64,000 bases of DNA from Bacillales bacterium (GTDB lineage: Bacteria; Bacillota; Bacilli; Bacillales; Amphibacillaceae), in NCBI GenBank assembly GCA_029257405.1, contig JARIBO010000041.1, positions 11,688 through 75,687 on the forward strand, given 5' to 3'. Made by a program: the position numbers and the translations under genes. The notes beneath the pieces are model-generated. The model worked only from the letters and a program-made list of their open reading frames with translations. It had not been told where the DNA came from and made no database searches. This document shows positions 1 through 8,851 of the stretch, one piece after another (within the stretch, counting starts at the first letter, position 1; the number at the start of each line of letters is the position of its first letter).

Positions 1-1
1 T

Positions 2-700
2 GATTATCCTAAAGGTGAATGGTCAGATGAAGAAGAAAAAGCACAAAGAGAAAAAGAAAAAGAAGAGAATGAAGCATTAGAAAATGAAGTAGACGATCCA
101 GAGGTAGAAGATATAGAAGAAGACCAATTACCAGAAAGCGATCAAAATGATGATGGTGATGGAAGTGGTGGAGAGAGTGAAGATAACGATGGTTCTAATG
201 AAGACGATTCAGAATCAGAAGATGAAGATGTATTAACAGAAGATCTAGAAGAAGATCAATCTGAGTTTTTAAAATATTTATTAATTTTATTATTAATTAT
301 TTTATTACTCTTGATTTTAATTTATCTTATTTATTTAATTAAAAAGCGTTTAGAACTAAGAAGATTAATCCAAAGTTTTGTTGGAAGTGACCTAAACAAA
401 GCAACAACATTAATCACATCTTATTCACTGATTTTATTACATTATGTAGGTATTAAAGAGCGACAGGGTTCGATTAAAGCTTATGAGAAAGATGTTAAAA
501 AGGTATTTGGTTCTGATTATGCTCGAGAGTTTAGCCAAATGCTTAAAATAAACCAAGCAGCGGTTTATAGTGGAAAAGAAACTACGAAAGAGGATCATGC
601 ATTTGTTCTTGAATTTAAAGATAAATTGCTTACTAAAATTACCAAAGAAAAAACATACTTACAAAAAGTTAAAATGCGTTTCTGGGATTTCATTTATTAA
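2..700 (+). CDS. 5'-truncated envelope/membrane protein: D/E/S-rich acidic linker, one TM helix, ~110-aa helical tail (DUF4129-like, as at C-termini of transglutaminase-like proteins)
   Basis: Frame 2 is open from the window edge to the stop at 698-700 and in frame with the listed 311..700 ORF. TM stretch LKYLLILLLIILLLLILIYLIYLI. Family call from memory only. Confidence 0.55.
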   Translation, partial: DYPKGEWSDEEEKAQREKEKEENEALENEVDDPEVEDIEEDQLPESDQNDDGDGSGGESEDNDGSNEDDSESEDEDVLTEDLEEDQSEFLKYLLILLLIILLLLILIYLIYLIKKRLELRRLIQSFVGSDLNKATTLITSYSLILLHYVGIKERQGSIKAYEKDVKKVFGSDYAREFSQMLKINQAAVYSGKETTKEDHAFVLEFKDKLLTKITKEKTYLQKVKMRFWDFIY

Positions 701-706
701 AAGTAT

Positions 707-745
707 AAAAAAGTAGCCAAAGAGAATTTCTTTGGCTACTTTTTG
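707..745. terminator. Bidirectional rho-independent terminator
   Basis: Palindrome AAAAAGTAGCCAAAG-N8-CTTTGGCTACTTTTT flanked by an A-run and a T-run, between convergent genes. Confidence 0.8.
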
Positions 746-746
746 A

Positions 747-1676
747 TTATTTAGCTTCTAAATCTTCAATTGAATCAATGTCCATATACTCAGGAACAAC
801 TAAACCAATAATTGCACCATGAAGGTTCGGGCCTAAGTCTTCAAAGTTATCCTCATGTTCTTCATAAAATTGTGCATGTGTAAAGGGTAACCAAGCAGCG
901 ATTGTTGCGTCAGCATCACCATTGGCTAATGATTCAAAAACAATTGCAACGTCAACTGGTGTTACTTTTACATCGAACCCAACTGATTCCATGACTTCTT
1001 TTAAAACAGAAGAAGAAGCAATTTCTGAATCCCAAGGTGTTGAAACGAGCTCAACTGATTCGCCATTTGCGTCATCAATACCTTCAATCCACTTAGCTGT
1101 TTTATCTTCATTATCTGCAACCCACTGTTTAGCAACGTCTTCAATTTCTGTTTCATTTTCAGCAGCTTCATACATAATATCTTCCATATCTTCAATATCC
1201 CATTCGAATTGATCAAGTACTTTATAAGCATTTGGTTTTGAATCTTTTAAATCTGGAGTTACAAGTGTCGAAATTGTTTCTTCCTCGCCATAGATTCCTT
1301 TAGGGTCTTCTAAGTATTTCATTTCAGGGTGTTTAGAAAACATCCAATGCGGATTCCATCCTGTCACGATGATCGGTTCTTCTTTTTCAATTGCTTGATC
1401 TAATTCAACTAACATTGCAGCAGTTGAAGCAAGCTGGACGTCCCATCCTTCAAGTGAATCATATTCTTCCAAAGCTTTCTCAGTTGCTACTGAAATACCT
1501 GCTCCAGGTTCAATACCTGTGATTGTATAATCAACTGCTTCACTGTAATTCTCGTCAGATGTACCTGTTTTCTCTTTTTCTGAATCTGCATTGTCTGAAC
1601 TACATCCAGTGATTAGCAATCCAGCAGAGATGATTCCAGGAATAATTAATTTTGATAACTTATGTGTTAAAGTCAA
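747..1676 (-). CDS. opuAC: Glycine betaine/proline betaine ABC transporter substrate-binding lipoprotein, distal paralogue
   Basis: Signal peptide with lipobox LITGC. Motifs GIEPGAG, IIVTGWNPHWMF, AAWLPFTH. TTG start 9 nt after GGGAG. Last gene of the opuA cluster. Confidence 0.85.
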   Translation of the reverse strand: MTLTHKLSKLIIPGIISAGLLITGCSSDNADSEKEKTGTSDENYSEAVDYTITGIEPGAGISVATEKALEEYDSLEGWDVQLASTAAMLVELDQAIEKEEPIIVTGWNPHWMFSKHPEMKYLEDPKGIYGEEETISTLVTPDLKDSKPNAYKVLDQFEWDIEDMEDIMYEAAENETEIEDVAKQWVADNEDKTAKWIEGIDDANGESVELVSTPWDSEIASSSVLKEVMESVGFDVKVTPVDVAIVFESLANGDADATIAAWLPFTHAQFYEEHEDNFEDLGPNLHGAIIGLVVPEYMDIDSIEDLEAK

Positions 1677-1705
1677 TTCTATCTTCTCCCTTATTATAAT
1701 TTGTT

Positions 1706-1737
1706 ATAAAAAAAAGCGGGTAGTTACACCCGCTTCA
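1706..1737 (-). terminator. Rho-independent terminator between the two opuAC copies
   Basis: Minus strand AAGCGGGU-N6-ACCCGCUU followed by eight U. Confidence 0.75.
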
Positions 1738-1741
1738 GTAT

Positions 1742-2662
1742 TTATTTAGCTTCTAAGTCTTCGATTGAATCAATGTCCATATATTCAGGAACAACTAAAC
1801 CAATCTTAGCACCATCAAGATTCGTACCTAATTCTTCAATTTCATCTTTAAAATCTTCATATAAATCACCATGTGTTGCCGGTAACCATGCTGATACCAT
1901 AGCGTCAGCATCACCATTAGCGATTGTTTGCCACATAACAGCATTATCTAAAGATGTAATTTTTACGTCATATCCTAAGTCAGTTAAAACTTGTCCAACA
2001 ACGTTTGTTGAAGAAACTTCAGAATCCCACTCAACGTAAACAAGTTCAATTGAATCTGATCCTTCTTCAACGCCATCTTTCCAAGCCTCTACTTTATCTT
2101 CGTTTTCTTCAATCCACTCAACAGCAGCATCTTCTGGCGTTGCACCATCAGAAATTTTAGACATTACATTTTCAATATCATCTGTTGTCCAGTTAAATTG
2201 TTCTAGTAATTTTGCAGCGTTTGGATGATCACTTGAAAATCCTTCACGTGCCATTGTATTAATTGTTTCTGCTTCACCAAATACGCCTTTAGGGTCTTCT
2301 AAATATTTAAGATCATATTTAGCGAACTTCCAGTGTGGTGTCCAACCTGTAACGATAATTGGTTCTTCGTTATCAATTGCAGCTCCTAGAGCAGAAGCCA
2401 TTGCACCACTTGATGACGCTTGAACGTCCCAGCCATCTAAATCATATTCTTCAACAGCATTTTCTGCTGCTTTAAATACGCCAGCTCCTGGTTCAATACC
2501 TGTGATTGTATAACCAACTTCTTCACTGTAATTTACGTCGCTACCATTTGAGTCTGTCGCGTCTTTAGAATCTGCATTATCGTCAGACCCACAACCTGCA
2601 GCAATTAGCGTCAGTGAAAGACCTGCGATAACTCCTAACCGTTTTAAATTATTTTTTAACAT
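1742..2662 (-). CDS. opuAC: Glycine betaine/proline betaine ABC transporter substrate-binding lipoprotein, proximal paralogue
   Basis: Lipobox LIAAGC. Same motif set as 747..1676 (GIEPGAG, IIVTGWTPHWKF, SAWLPATH). Directly downstream of the permease gene. Confidence 0.9.
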   Translation of the reverse strand: MLKNNLKRLGVIAGLSLTLIAAGCGSDDNADSKDATDSNGSDVNYSEEVGYTITGIEPGAGVFKAAENAVEEYDLDGWDVQASSSGAMASALGAAIDNEEPIIVTGWTPHWKFAKYDLKYLEDPKGVFGEAETINTMAREGFSSDHPNAAKLLEQFNWTTDDIENVMSKISDGATPEDAAVEWIEENEDKVEAWKDGVEEGSDSIELVYVEWDSEVSSTNVVGQVLTDLGYDVKITSLDNAVMWQTIANGDADAMVSAWLPATHGDLYEDFKDEIEELGTNLDGAKIGLVVPEYMDIDSIEDLEAK

Positions 2663-2720
2663 AAAATAATCTCTCCTTTTATATATTAACTTCTCTAGTT
2701 AAAGAGAAGTATTCAATAAA

Positions 2721-3578
2721 TTAATCAGTTTTTGCATCTTTGTTTAAGCTCTGTGTAAAGCGGTCAATAATAATTGCTAAGATAACAATACCTAAACCAG
2801 CCACAAATCCTGCACCAGCATTAGCTCTTTGTAATGCGCTTAGTACGTCATGACCTAAACCAGGTGCACCAATCATTGATGCTGTAACTACCATTGATAA
2901 TGCTAACATAACTGTTTGGTTGATTCCAGCCATGATTGTTGCTTGAGCCATAGGTAATTCAACTTTAAATAGTTTTTGAGCTCCTGTACTACCAAATGCT
3001 TCAGATGCTTCGACAAGTTCATTTGATACTTGACGAATACCTAAATTAGTAAAGCGAACAGTTGGTGGTGTCGCAAAGATTAAAGAAGCGAATACACCAG
3101 GAACCATACCAATACCAAAGAATGCTACAGCAGGAATTAAGTATACGAATGCTGGCATTGTTTGCATGAAGTCAAGGACAGGTGAAATAATCGATTTTGC
3201 GATTTCACTTTTTGCCATTAGAATCCCGAGTGGGACACCGATAATAATTGATAGCACACTAGAAACTAATACAAGTGTAAAAGTTTGCGTTAAATGCGAC
3301 CATAAATCTTGGTTGTAAACAAACCATAAACCAACAACTGAAAAAGCTGCAAGACCAAATTTCTTACCAGTAATAAAGAATGCAATAATAGCTACAACTA
3401 TAATGACAATAACTGGGGGAATTAAATCTAATGTATCAGCGACAAAATTCATTGCAGTTTTTCCATCATCTTTAAAGAAATTAAAGAGTGCTGAAAATGA
3501 CGATGTTAATGTTTTAACAAATTCATCGACTGCGCTAGCAACTGGAAGTTTAGGTAAAAAATCTAAAATATTATTCAT
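2721..3578 (-). CDS. opuAB: Glycine betaine ABC transporter permease
   Basis: Polytopic binding-protein-dependent permease. 8-nt overlap with the opuAA stop. Confidence 0.9.
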   Translation of the reverse strand: MNNILDFLPKLPVASAVDEFVKTLTSSFSALFNFFKDDGKTAMNFVADTLDLIPPVIVIIVVAIIAFFITGKKFGLAAFSVVGLWFVYNQDLWSHLTQTFTLVLVSSVLSIIIGVPLGILMAKSEIAKSIISPVLDFMQTMPAFVYLIPAVAFFGIGMVPGVFASLIFATPPTVRFTNLGIRQVSNELVEASEAFGSTGAQKLFKVELPMAQATIMAGINQTVMLALSMVVTASMIGAPGLGHDVLSALQRANAGAGFVAGLGIVILAIIIDRFTQSLNKDAKTD

Positions 3579-4767
3579 CTATATTCACCTCGCCGTCTTC
3601 TGATAAAGCAGCAATAACTGCTCCACGGACAATAATGCCAAGGATTCTTCCATCTTCTACGACTGCAACTGGAATAGGTGCGTCATGGATGATGTTAAAT
3701 ATTTCGCTCATTGGCGTATCCTTTTCTACAGTTGGAACATTTGTTTTTAAGATACCTTCTAGTGTTCTGACGTTGTTTTTAGCAGCTTCAGAAGCATCTT
3801 TTGCGTGAATATAACCTTTTAGCTGACGATTCTCATCGACTGCATAAACACCCGAAATACCTTCTTTACGCATTCTTTCAAGTGCAACACGAGGACCGTG
3901 CGTATTGATATTTACAGTTTCTGGACGTTGCATAATATGCTGAGCTGTTAACACTTTTGAACGATCCACATCTTCAACAAATTTCTCTACATAATCATTC
4001 GCTGGGTTCACTAAAATATCTTCTGGAGAACCAATTTGTACAATTTCACCATCACGCATTAAAGCAATTCGGTCACCTAAACGTAAGGCTTCATTTAAAT
4101 CATGCGTAATAAATAAGATTGTTCTTTTCATTTTAGCTTGTAAATCGATTAATTCATCTTGCATGTCTTTTCTAATTAATGGATCAAGTGCTGAAAATGC
4201 TTCATCCATTAATAAAACGTCAGGATCGTTTGCAAGTGCGCGTGCTAAACCTACGCGTTGTTGCATTCCACCTGATAATTGTTCGGGATATTGATCGAAA
4301 TAACTACCAAGCCCAACCATTTCAAGAGATTCTTTTGCTTTTTTACTCCGTTCATCTTTAGAAATACCTTGAATTTCTAAACCAAATTCAGCATTTTCTA
4401 AAATAGTTCGGTGTGGAAAGAGTGCGAAACTTTGAAAGACCATACCTAGTTTTTTACGGCGGATCTCTCTTAATGTTTTATTATCAGCTTTTGATAAATC
4501 TTGATCTCCAACTTTAATACTTCCTTCAGTAGGTTCGATTAAACGGTTAATTAATCGAACTAAAGTAGATTTACCACTACCAGATAATCCCATGATAACA
4601 AAAGTTTCACCTGGTTTAACTCCAAAACTAACTCGGTTAACCCCAACAGTGTTACCTGTTTTCTCTAAAATTTCACTTTTAGAATAACCTTCGTCTAACA
4701 ATTTTAAAGCTTGTTTGGGATTTTTACCGAAAATCTTTGATAAATTACTAACTTCTATGACATTCAT
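3571..4767 (-). CDS. opuAA: Glycine betaine ABC transporter ATP-binding protein with C-terminal tandem CBS domains
   Basis: Walker A GLSGSGKST, signature LSGGMQQRVGLARAL, Walker B LLMDEAFSALD. About 120-aa CBS pair at the C-terminus. SD GGTGGAG upstream. Confidence 0.92.
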   Translation of the reverse strand: MNVIEVSNLSKIFGKNPKQALKLLDEGYSKSEILEKTGNTVGVNRVSFGVKPGETFVIMGLSGSGKSTLVRLINRLIEPTEGSIKVGDQDLSKADNKTLREIRRKKLGMVFQSFALFPHRTILENAEFGLEIQGISKDERSKKAKESLEMVGLGSYFDQYPEQLSGGMQQRVGLARALANDPDVLLMDEAFSALDPLIRKDMQDELIDLQAKMKRTILFITHDLNEALRLGDRIALMRDGEIVQIGSPEDILVNPANDYVEKFVEDVDRSKVLTAQHIMQRPETVNINTHGPRVALERMRKEGISGVYAVDENRQLKGYIHAKDASEAAKNNVRTLEGILKTNVPTVEKDTPMSEIFNIIHDAPIPVAVVEDGRILGIIVRGAVIAALSEDGEVNIDE

Positions 4768-4804
4768 TCATTCTCCACCTTTTATGTATCGTTAATTTTT
4801 AGGC

Positions 4805-4834
4805 AATAAAAAAAGACTTATACAAAGTCTTTTA
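4805..4834 (-). terminator. Rho-independent terminator downstream of crcB, lying inside the opuAA upstream region
   Basis: Minus strand AAAGACUU-N5-AAGUCUUU followed by seven U. Only about 38 nt upstream of the opuAA ATG. Confidence 0.7.
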
Positions 4835-4860
4835 AAGGATATTCAATAGCATACTTCCTA

Positions 4861-4889
4861 AGTATAAGGAGAAATGTCAAAATAAACAA
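4861..4889 (-). promoter_or_regulatory. Candidate sigma-A promoter for opuA (TTGTTT-17-TATACT) overlapped by inverted repeat ATACTT-CCT-AAGTAT
   Basis: Hexamers read on the minus strand (-35 at 4889-4884, -10 at 4866-4861). The inverted repeat at 4851-4865 covers the -10/+1 region. Confidence 0.35.
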
Positions 4890-5018
4890 ATAGCATATAT
4901 AAGCGTATACACGTTAATATGCAATTTAAATTGATTTTATTAAAGTTAGACTAGCTCGTTCTTTTATTTACTGTTAAAATCTCCCTCAAACACTCGATAA
5001 CTAAGAAAAAGGAGTTTA

Positions 5019-5381
5019 TTACACTAAAAAATATAGAAAAGAAGTAATAAAAAAATAAAACAACAAAATAGAAAGAAAGATTCCAAGATAAGTAGTTGTA
5101 ATTATTAAACACACGTGTTTAAAATTTTTAGCTACAATCGATTCAAACAATTGATTATTAACGGTTGAAAAAGTTGTAAAAGCGCCAGAAAATCCAGTTC
5201 CCCAAAAAGTAAATGCTAGATTAGAAATATTACCTTCATTATATAAGAGAAAGAATGAGACAAGAATAAATGATCCGGTTATATTTACAAGCCAAATACT
5301 AAACTTATTTGAAGTGATGCGTTCACTAATAAAAAAACGTAATCCAGCACCCAGCATGCCACCTAAGAAAACTAAAGTCAT
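5019..5381 (-). CDS. crcB: Fluoride channel CrcB/FEX subunit (second of pair)
   Basis: 4-TM protein with LGAGLRF and GAFTTFSTV motifs. TAATG stop/start overlap with the upstream crcB. Confidence 0.88.
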   Translation of the reverse strand: MTLVFLGGMLGAGLRFFISERITSNKFSIWLVNITGSFILVSFFLLYNEGNISNLAFTFWGTGFSGAFTTFSTVNNQLFESIVAKNFKHVCLIITTTYLGIFLSILLFYFFITSFLYFLV

Positions 5382-5773
5382 TACAGGTCACCTCTTGGAT
5401 TTAAGAAACGAGCAAGTAAGTAGGCAAGTAAACTTACAAACAAGCCACCAAGTATCGTTATTAAATAATAAATGACTAATAAAATAGGTGTAGCTAATAG
5501 GTTTATTATATCAGTCATAATGAGTGAAAATGTAGTAAAAGAACCAATCATACCAACATTAATCGCTATTTGTAAATCTTTCTCAACATTTAAATTAAAG
5601 CTAGTCAAGTTAATTAAAAAGGTAAGTAAAAAAGCACCAAATAAATTAATTAATATGGTAGCATAAGGAAATAAAACCGTCTCATTTTGTGTTAAGTTAA
5701 GCAGGGTGTAACGACCTAATGCTCCTACTCCACCACCTAAAGCAATGAGTGAATAACGTTTTAAATTACTCAT
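5381..5773 (-). CDS. crcB: Fluoride channel CrcB/FEX subunit (first of pair)
   Basis: GGGVGALGRY and GSFTTFS motifs. I place the start at ATG 5773, which forms an ATGA overlap with the zur stop. The listed start 5797 would lie inside zur. Confidence 0.85.
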   Translation of the reverse strand: MSNLKRYSLIALGGGVGALGRYTLLNLTQNETVLFPYATILINLFGAFLLTFLINLTSFNLNVEKDLQIAINVGMIGSFTTFSLIMTDIINLLATPILLVIYYLITILGGLFVSLLAYLLARFLNPRGDL

Positions 5774-6186
5774 GAAGCATGTTTGCATGACGGACAAAAA
5801 CCGTAAACTTCAAATTTATGGTCATCAATTGTATAGTTTTTTAACATACCACCTATGTCATCCATTGGACATATATTAATTTTTTTTGTTCTACCACATC
5901 CATTACAAATAAAGTGATGATGATGATTGTCAGTGCAGTTAATTCTAAAATGTTTTTCTGCATTTAAGCTTGTTGAATCTAAAATATCTAAGTCGTGAAA
6001 TAAATGAAGATTTCGATAAACTGTGTCATAACTAATACCAGAAAATTTAGCCTTCATATGTTCATATAAATCTTTTGCTGTTCGGTAACCATCTGAAGTA
6101 GAGAAGTAGTCAATAATCGCTTGTCTACGATTCGTCATTTTATAACCATGGGTTTGTAAAATGTTAATCGCTTCTTTTACGTCCAT
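5770..6186 (-). CDS. zur: Fur-family zinc uptake regulator
   Basis: N-terminal winged helix, HHHHFICNGCG and CPSC metal-site motifs. Embedded in the Zn ABC importer operon, with Zur boxes at the operon promoter. Confidence 0.8.
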   Translation of the reverse strand: MDVKEAINILQTHGYKMTNRRQAIIDYFSTSDGYRTAKDLYEHMKAKFSGISYDTVYRNLHLFHDLDILDSTSLNAEKHFRINCTDNHHHHFICNGCGRTKKINICPMDDIGGMLKNYTIDDHKFEVYGFCPSCKHAS

Positions 6187-6187
6187 A

Positions 6188-7036
6188 TTAAATACCTTCT
6201 TTCTTTAGTGTAATAGCTAACTTACTTAAGCTCATTGAAATCAGTAAAATAATAATTGACATCATAACAATTGTACCACCAGGGGGTATACTGAAATAAT
6301 ATCCACTAATTAAGCCGCCAATAACAGCAATTTCTGCGAAAATAATCGAAAAAAGAATTAATTGTTTAAAACTTGAAGCGACACGCATGGCAGCTGCAAC
6401 AGGGAGTGTCATTAAAGCAGAAACGAGTAGCACACCAACAATTTGAATCGATACGGCAATTACTAATGCAGTAAGCACGATAAATAAAAAATGAATGCGC
6501 GTTGCGTGAATGCCAGAAACAGTTGCATGTTCTTCATCGAAAGATAAAGTAACTAATTCTTTATAAAATAAAGTAATCATGATAATAATAAAAATAGAAA
6601 TACCTAAAATCATGAAGAAATCATTTTTACTAACAGCGGACACTGAACCAAATAAATAATTAAATAAATCTGTATTAAATCCGTTAGCAAGTGAAATAAA
6701 AATAACACTTAAACCAACACCACCACTTAAAACGATGGGGATACCGAGTTCTTGATAACCTGTATAAATAGAGCGTAATTTCTCAATTAAAACAGCGCCA
6801 ATAACTGAAAATCCCATTCCTGTATAAATTGGATTTAAAGTAAGGGCAATAAATTGTTTATCTAGAAATAAACCAAAAGCAATTCCACCAAGCGTTACGT
6901 GAGATAAAGCGTCAGCTAAAAGTGATAACCGCCTCACAACTAAAAATGCTCCAAGTAAGGGGGCAACAATCCCAATTAAGAGTCCGGTTAAAAATGTATA
7001 TCTTAAAAAATCAAATTCGATAATATCTGTTAACAT
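6188..7036 (-). CDS. znuB: Zinc ABC transporter permease (ABC-3 family)
   Basis: Polytopic (8-9 TM) ABC-3 type permease, 1 nt from the zur start. Confidence 0.85.
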   Translation of the reverse strand: MLTDIIEFDFLRYTFLTGLLIGIVAPLLGAFLVVRRLSLLADALSHVTLGGIAFGLFLDKQFIALTLNPIYTGMGFSVIGAVLIEKLRSIYTGYQELGIPIVLSGGVGLSVIFISLANGFNTDLFNYLFGSVSAVSKNDFFMILGISIFIIIMITLFYKELVTLSFDEEHATVSGIHATRIHFLFIVLTALVIAVSIQIVGVLLVSALMTLPVAAAMRVASSFKQLILFSIIFAEIAVIGGLISGYYFSIPPGGTIVMMSIIILLISMSLSKLAITLKKEGI

Positions 7037-7047
7037 TCAAACAACTC

Positions 7048-7806
7048 CTAATGGTGATCATGGACGACCACTTGAACGGGGTGTCCATAAATACGTGATA
7101 AATCTTCGGTTGATAACGCCGAGTACTCTTCTGAACGTCCGTGAAAATGCATTGTTTGATTTAAACAAACAATGTTTGTCGCGTAATTTGTCATTGCACC
7201 AGTATCATGTGTGACAAGTAATAAAGTAATATTTTGTTCAGAATTTAATTTATTAAGTAATTCATAAAAGCGTTCCACATTTTTAAAGTCAATTCCAACA
7301 GTTGGTTCGTCGAGAATTAATAAATCTGGTTCACTGACCAGTGCGCGGGCAATGAAGACACGTTGTTGTTGTCCACCAGATAAGTCGCCAATGTTTCGGT
7401 AAACGTAATCTGACATGCCAACTTGTTCAATTGCGTGCAGGACTTGTTTTTTACTTGTTTTATTAAAAAACTTTAAGTATCCTAGTTTTGCAGTTAAGCC
7501 CATCGAAACAACTTCAAAGACCGTTGCAGGAAAACCTTTATTAAAAGCATTTGCTTTTTGTGAGACAAAACCAATGCGGTTCCAATCTTTAAATTTATCA
7601 ATCGGTTGATTGTTGATAAAGATATTTCCGCTATCAGGTTCTTGGAGACCTAAAATAATTTTAATAAGTGTTGTTTTACCACCACCATTAGGCCCAACCA
7701 GTCCCATAAATGTTCCGCGTTTTATTTCTAAATTAACATCTTTTAACACAGTCTTTGAATCATAAGCAAAATTTATGTTTTCTAATCTAATAATTGAATC
7801 TGCCAT
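7048..7806 (-). CDS. znuC: Zinc ABC transporter ATP-binding protein
   Basis: Walker A GPNGGGKTT, LSGGQQQRVFIARAL, Walker B LLILDEPT. Confidence 0.88.
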   Translation of the reverse strand: MADSIIRLENINFAYDSKTVLKDVNLEIKRGTFMGLVGPNGGGKTTLIKIILGLQEPDSGNIFINNQPIDKFKDWNRIGFVSQKANAFNKGFPATVFEVVSMGLTAKLGYLKFFNKTSKKQVLHAIEQVGMSDYVYRNIGDLSGGQQQRVFIARALVSEPDLLILDEPTVGIDFKNVERFYELLNKLNSEQNITLLLVTHDTGAMTNYATNIVCLNQTMHFHGRSEEYSALSTEDLSRIYGHPVQVVVHDHH

Positions 7807-7827
7807 TTATATCGACCCCAAGTCATT

Positions 7828-8757
7828 TTAGTTTGTAGCTTTATCTAATGCGGATAAATTTTCCTTCATTAAAGAAAGATAATCGGCTTCGTTTTTTAAG
7901 TCGTCTTCAGTTAAGACTGCTAAATTATGAATAATTAATTTATCAGCATCAATATGTTTTTGAATAATTTCTGCCGTTTGATTCGCGTCATTTTGACCAT
8001 AGATAACGTAATTAATATTAAGGTCTTTAGCTAACCGGGTCACCTCAGCTAATTGTTTTTGCGAAGGTTCATCACTCGTTGATAAACCACTAATTGGTAA
8101 TTGTTCTAAACCATAACTTAGTTCCCAGTAACCATAAGCAGCGTGAGTTACTAATATTTTTTTATTCGCTTTATTTTTTAAAGTTGAATCAAAATCCTCA
8201 TTTAAGCCAATCATTTTTTCTTTAAAAACAGTTAAGTTTTTTTCGAAAATATCTTTATGTTCAGGATCTAGTTTGATTAATTCAGTTAGTAAACTATCTG
8301 CCATTTGGTTCATTCTAAGCGGATCTAACCAAATGTGAGGATCTAAATCACTATGCTCGTGGCCATCATCTGCCTCGTGCTCAGTAGATTCATTAAATAG
8401 TGTCTTATCGACACCAATTTCAATTAATTCAACGTCTTGATCTTGTAAAGCACTGGCCGCTTTACTTGCAAAACCTTCCATTCCCGCACCTAAATAAACG
8501 AATGCATCTGCTTTGGCGATTTCAGTAACTTCTTTAGATGTAGGTTCATATGTATGAGCATCGACACCAGGTGGATAAATTGTTTCAACTGAAACGGCGT
8601 CACCGCCAATTTCTTCAATAATATATTGAATCGGATAAAGCGTTGTTTGAATGGTTAAATTATCTGGATTTTTTTCATCAGTTGCATCACTATTTGAACA
8701 AGCTGAAATAGTAAAAAGTAAGAGGATAAATAGAGTTAAGCTAATTTTTTTTATCAA
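7828..8757 (-). CDS. znuA: Zinc ABC transporter substrate-binding lipoprotein (ZnuA/AdcA type)
   Basis: Lipobox ISAC. His/Asp/Glu-rich loop EHEADDGHEHSDLDPH. Start moved to TTG 8757 (SD GGAGGGG 5 nt upstream), because the longer listed ORF runs through the promoter and Zur boxes. Confidence 0.85.
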   Translation of the reverse strand: MIKKISLTLFILLLFTISACSNSDATDEKNPDNLTIQTTLYPIQYIIEEIGGDAVSVETIYPPGVDAHTYEPTSKEVTEIAKADAFVYLGAGMEGFASKAASALQDQDVELIEIGVDKTLFNESTEHEADDGHEHSDLDPHIWLDPLRMNQMADSLLTELIKLDPEHKDIFEKNLTVFKEKMIGLNEDFDSTLKNKANKKILVTHAAYGYWELSYGLEQLPISGLSTSDEPSQKQLAEVTRLAKDLNINYVIYGQNDANQTAEIIQKHIDADKLIIHNLAVLTEDDLKNEADYLSLMKENLSALDKATN

Positions 8758-8789
8758 GAAAACCCCTCCGATATAATTATGTAAAATAT

Positions 8790-8834
8790 AGTATATCGTA
8801 ATCATTCCGACTTGTAAATCGGAATGATTACGAT
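8790..8834 (-). promoter_or_regulatory. znuA promoter (TTTACA-17-TATACT) with two Zur-box-like operators
   Basis: ATCGTAATCATTCCGA (8795-8810) and its exact reverse complement TCGGAATGATTACGAT (8819-8834). Each is one mismatch from the B. subtilis Zur core TCGTAATNATTACGA. One box fills the promoter spacer and the other abuts the -35. Confidence 0.6.
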
Positions 8835-8851
8835 TATGTGAAGTAAAATAT

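Noticed and set aside
1-310. Possible DNA tandem repeat in the GAA/GAT-rich first 300 nt
   Set aside because: It is compositional bias from a poly-acidic coding region (D/E/S codons) in an open frame, with no periodic nucleotide repeat unit.
922-1212. Antisense 'shadow' ORFs inside well-supported genes (also 1001-1231, 1773-2039, 9969-10250, 10431-10742, 12730-13026, 14360-14680, 17193-17534, 48247-48537, 55843-56088 and similar)
   Set aside because: They lie fully within strong homology-supported CDS on the opposite strand or another frame, have low-complexity products and lack SD sequences.
4835-5018. c-di-AMP (ydaO-type) or other riboswitch in the opuA leader
   Set aside because: The leader is very AT-rich. 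It lacks the conserved G-rich cores (such as GGGGA...CCC pairs) and the pseudo-twofold helices of the ydaO class, and no other riboswitch core is recognisable.
5774-5900. Fluoride riboswitch upstream of crcB
   Set aside because: The sequence immediately upstream of crcB is the 3' coding region of zur, with an ATGA overlap, so there is no non-coding space for a crcB-motif RNA.
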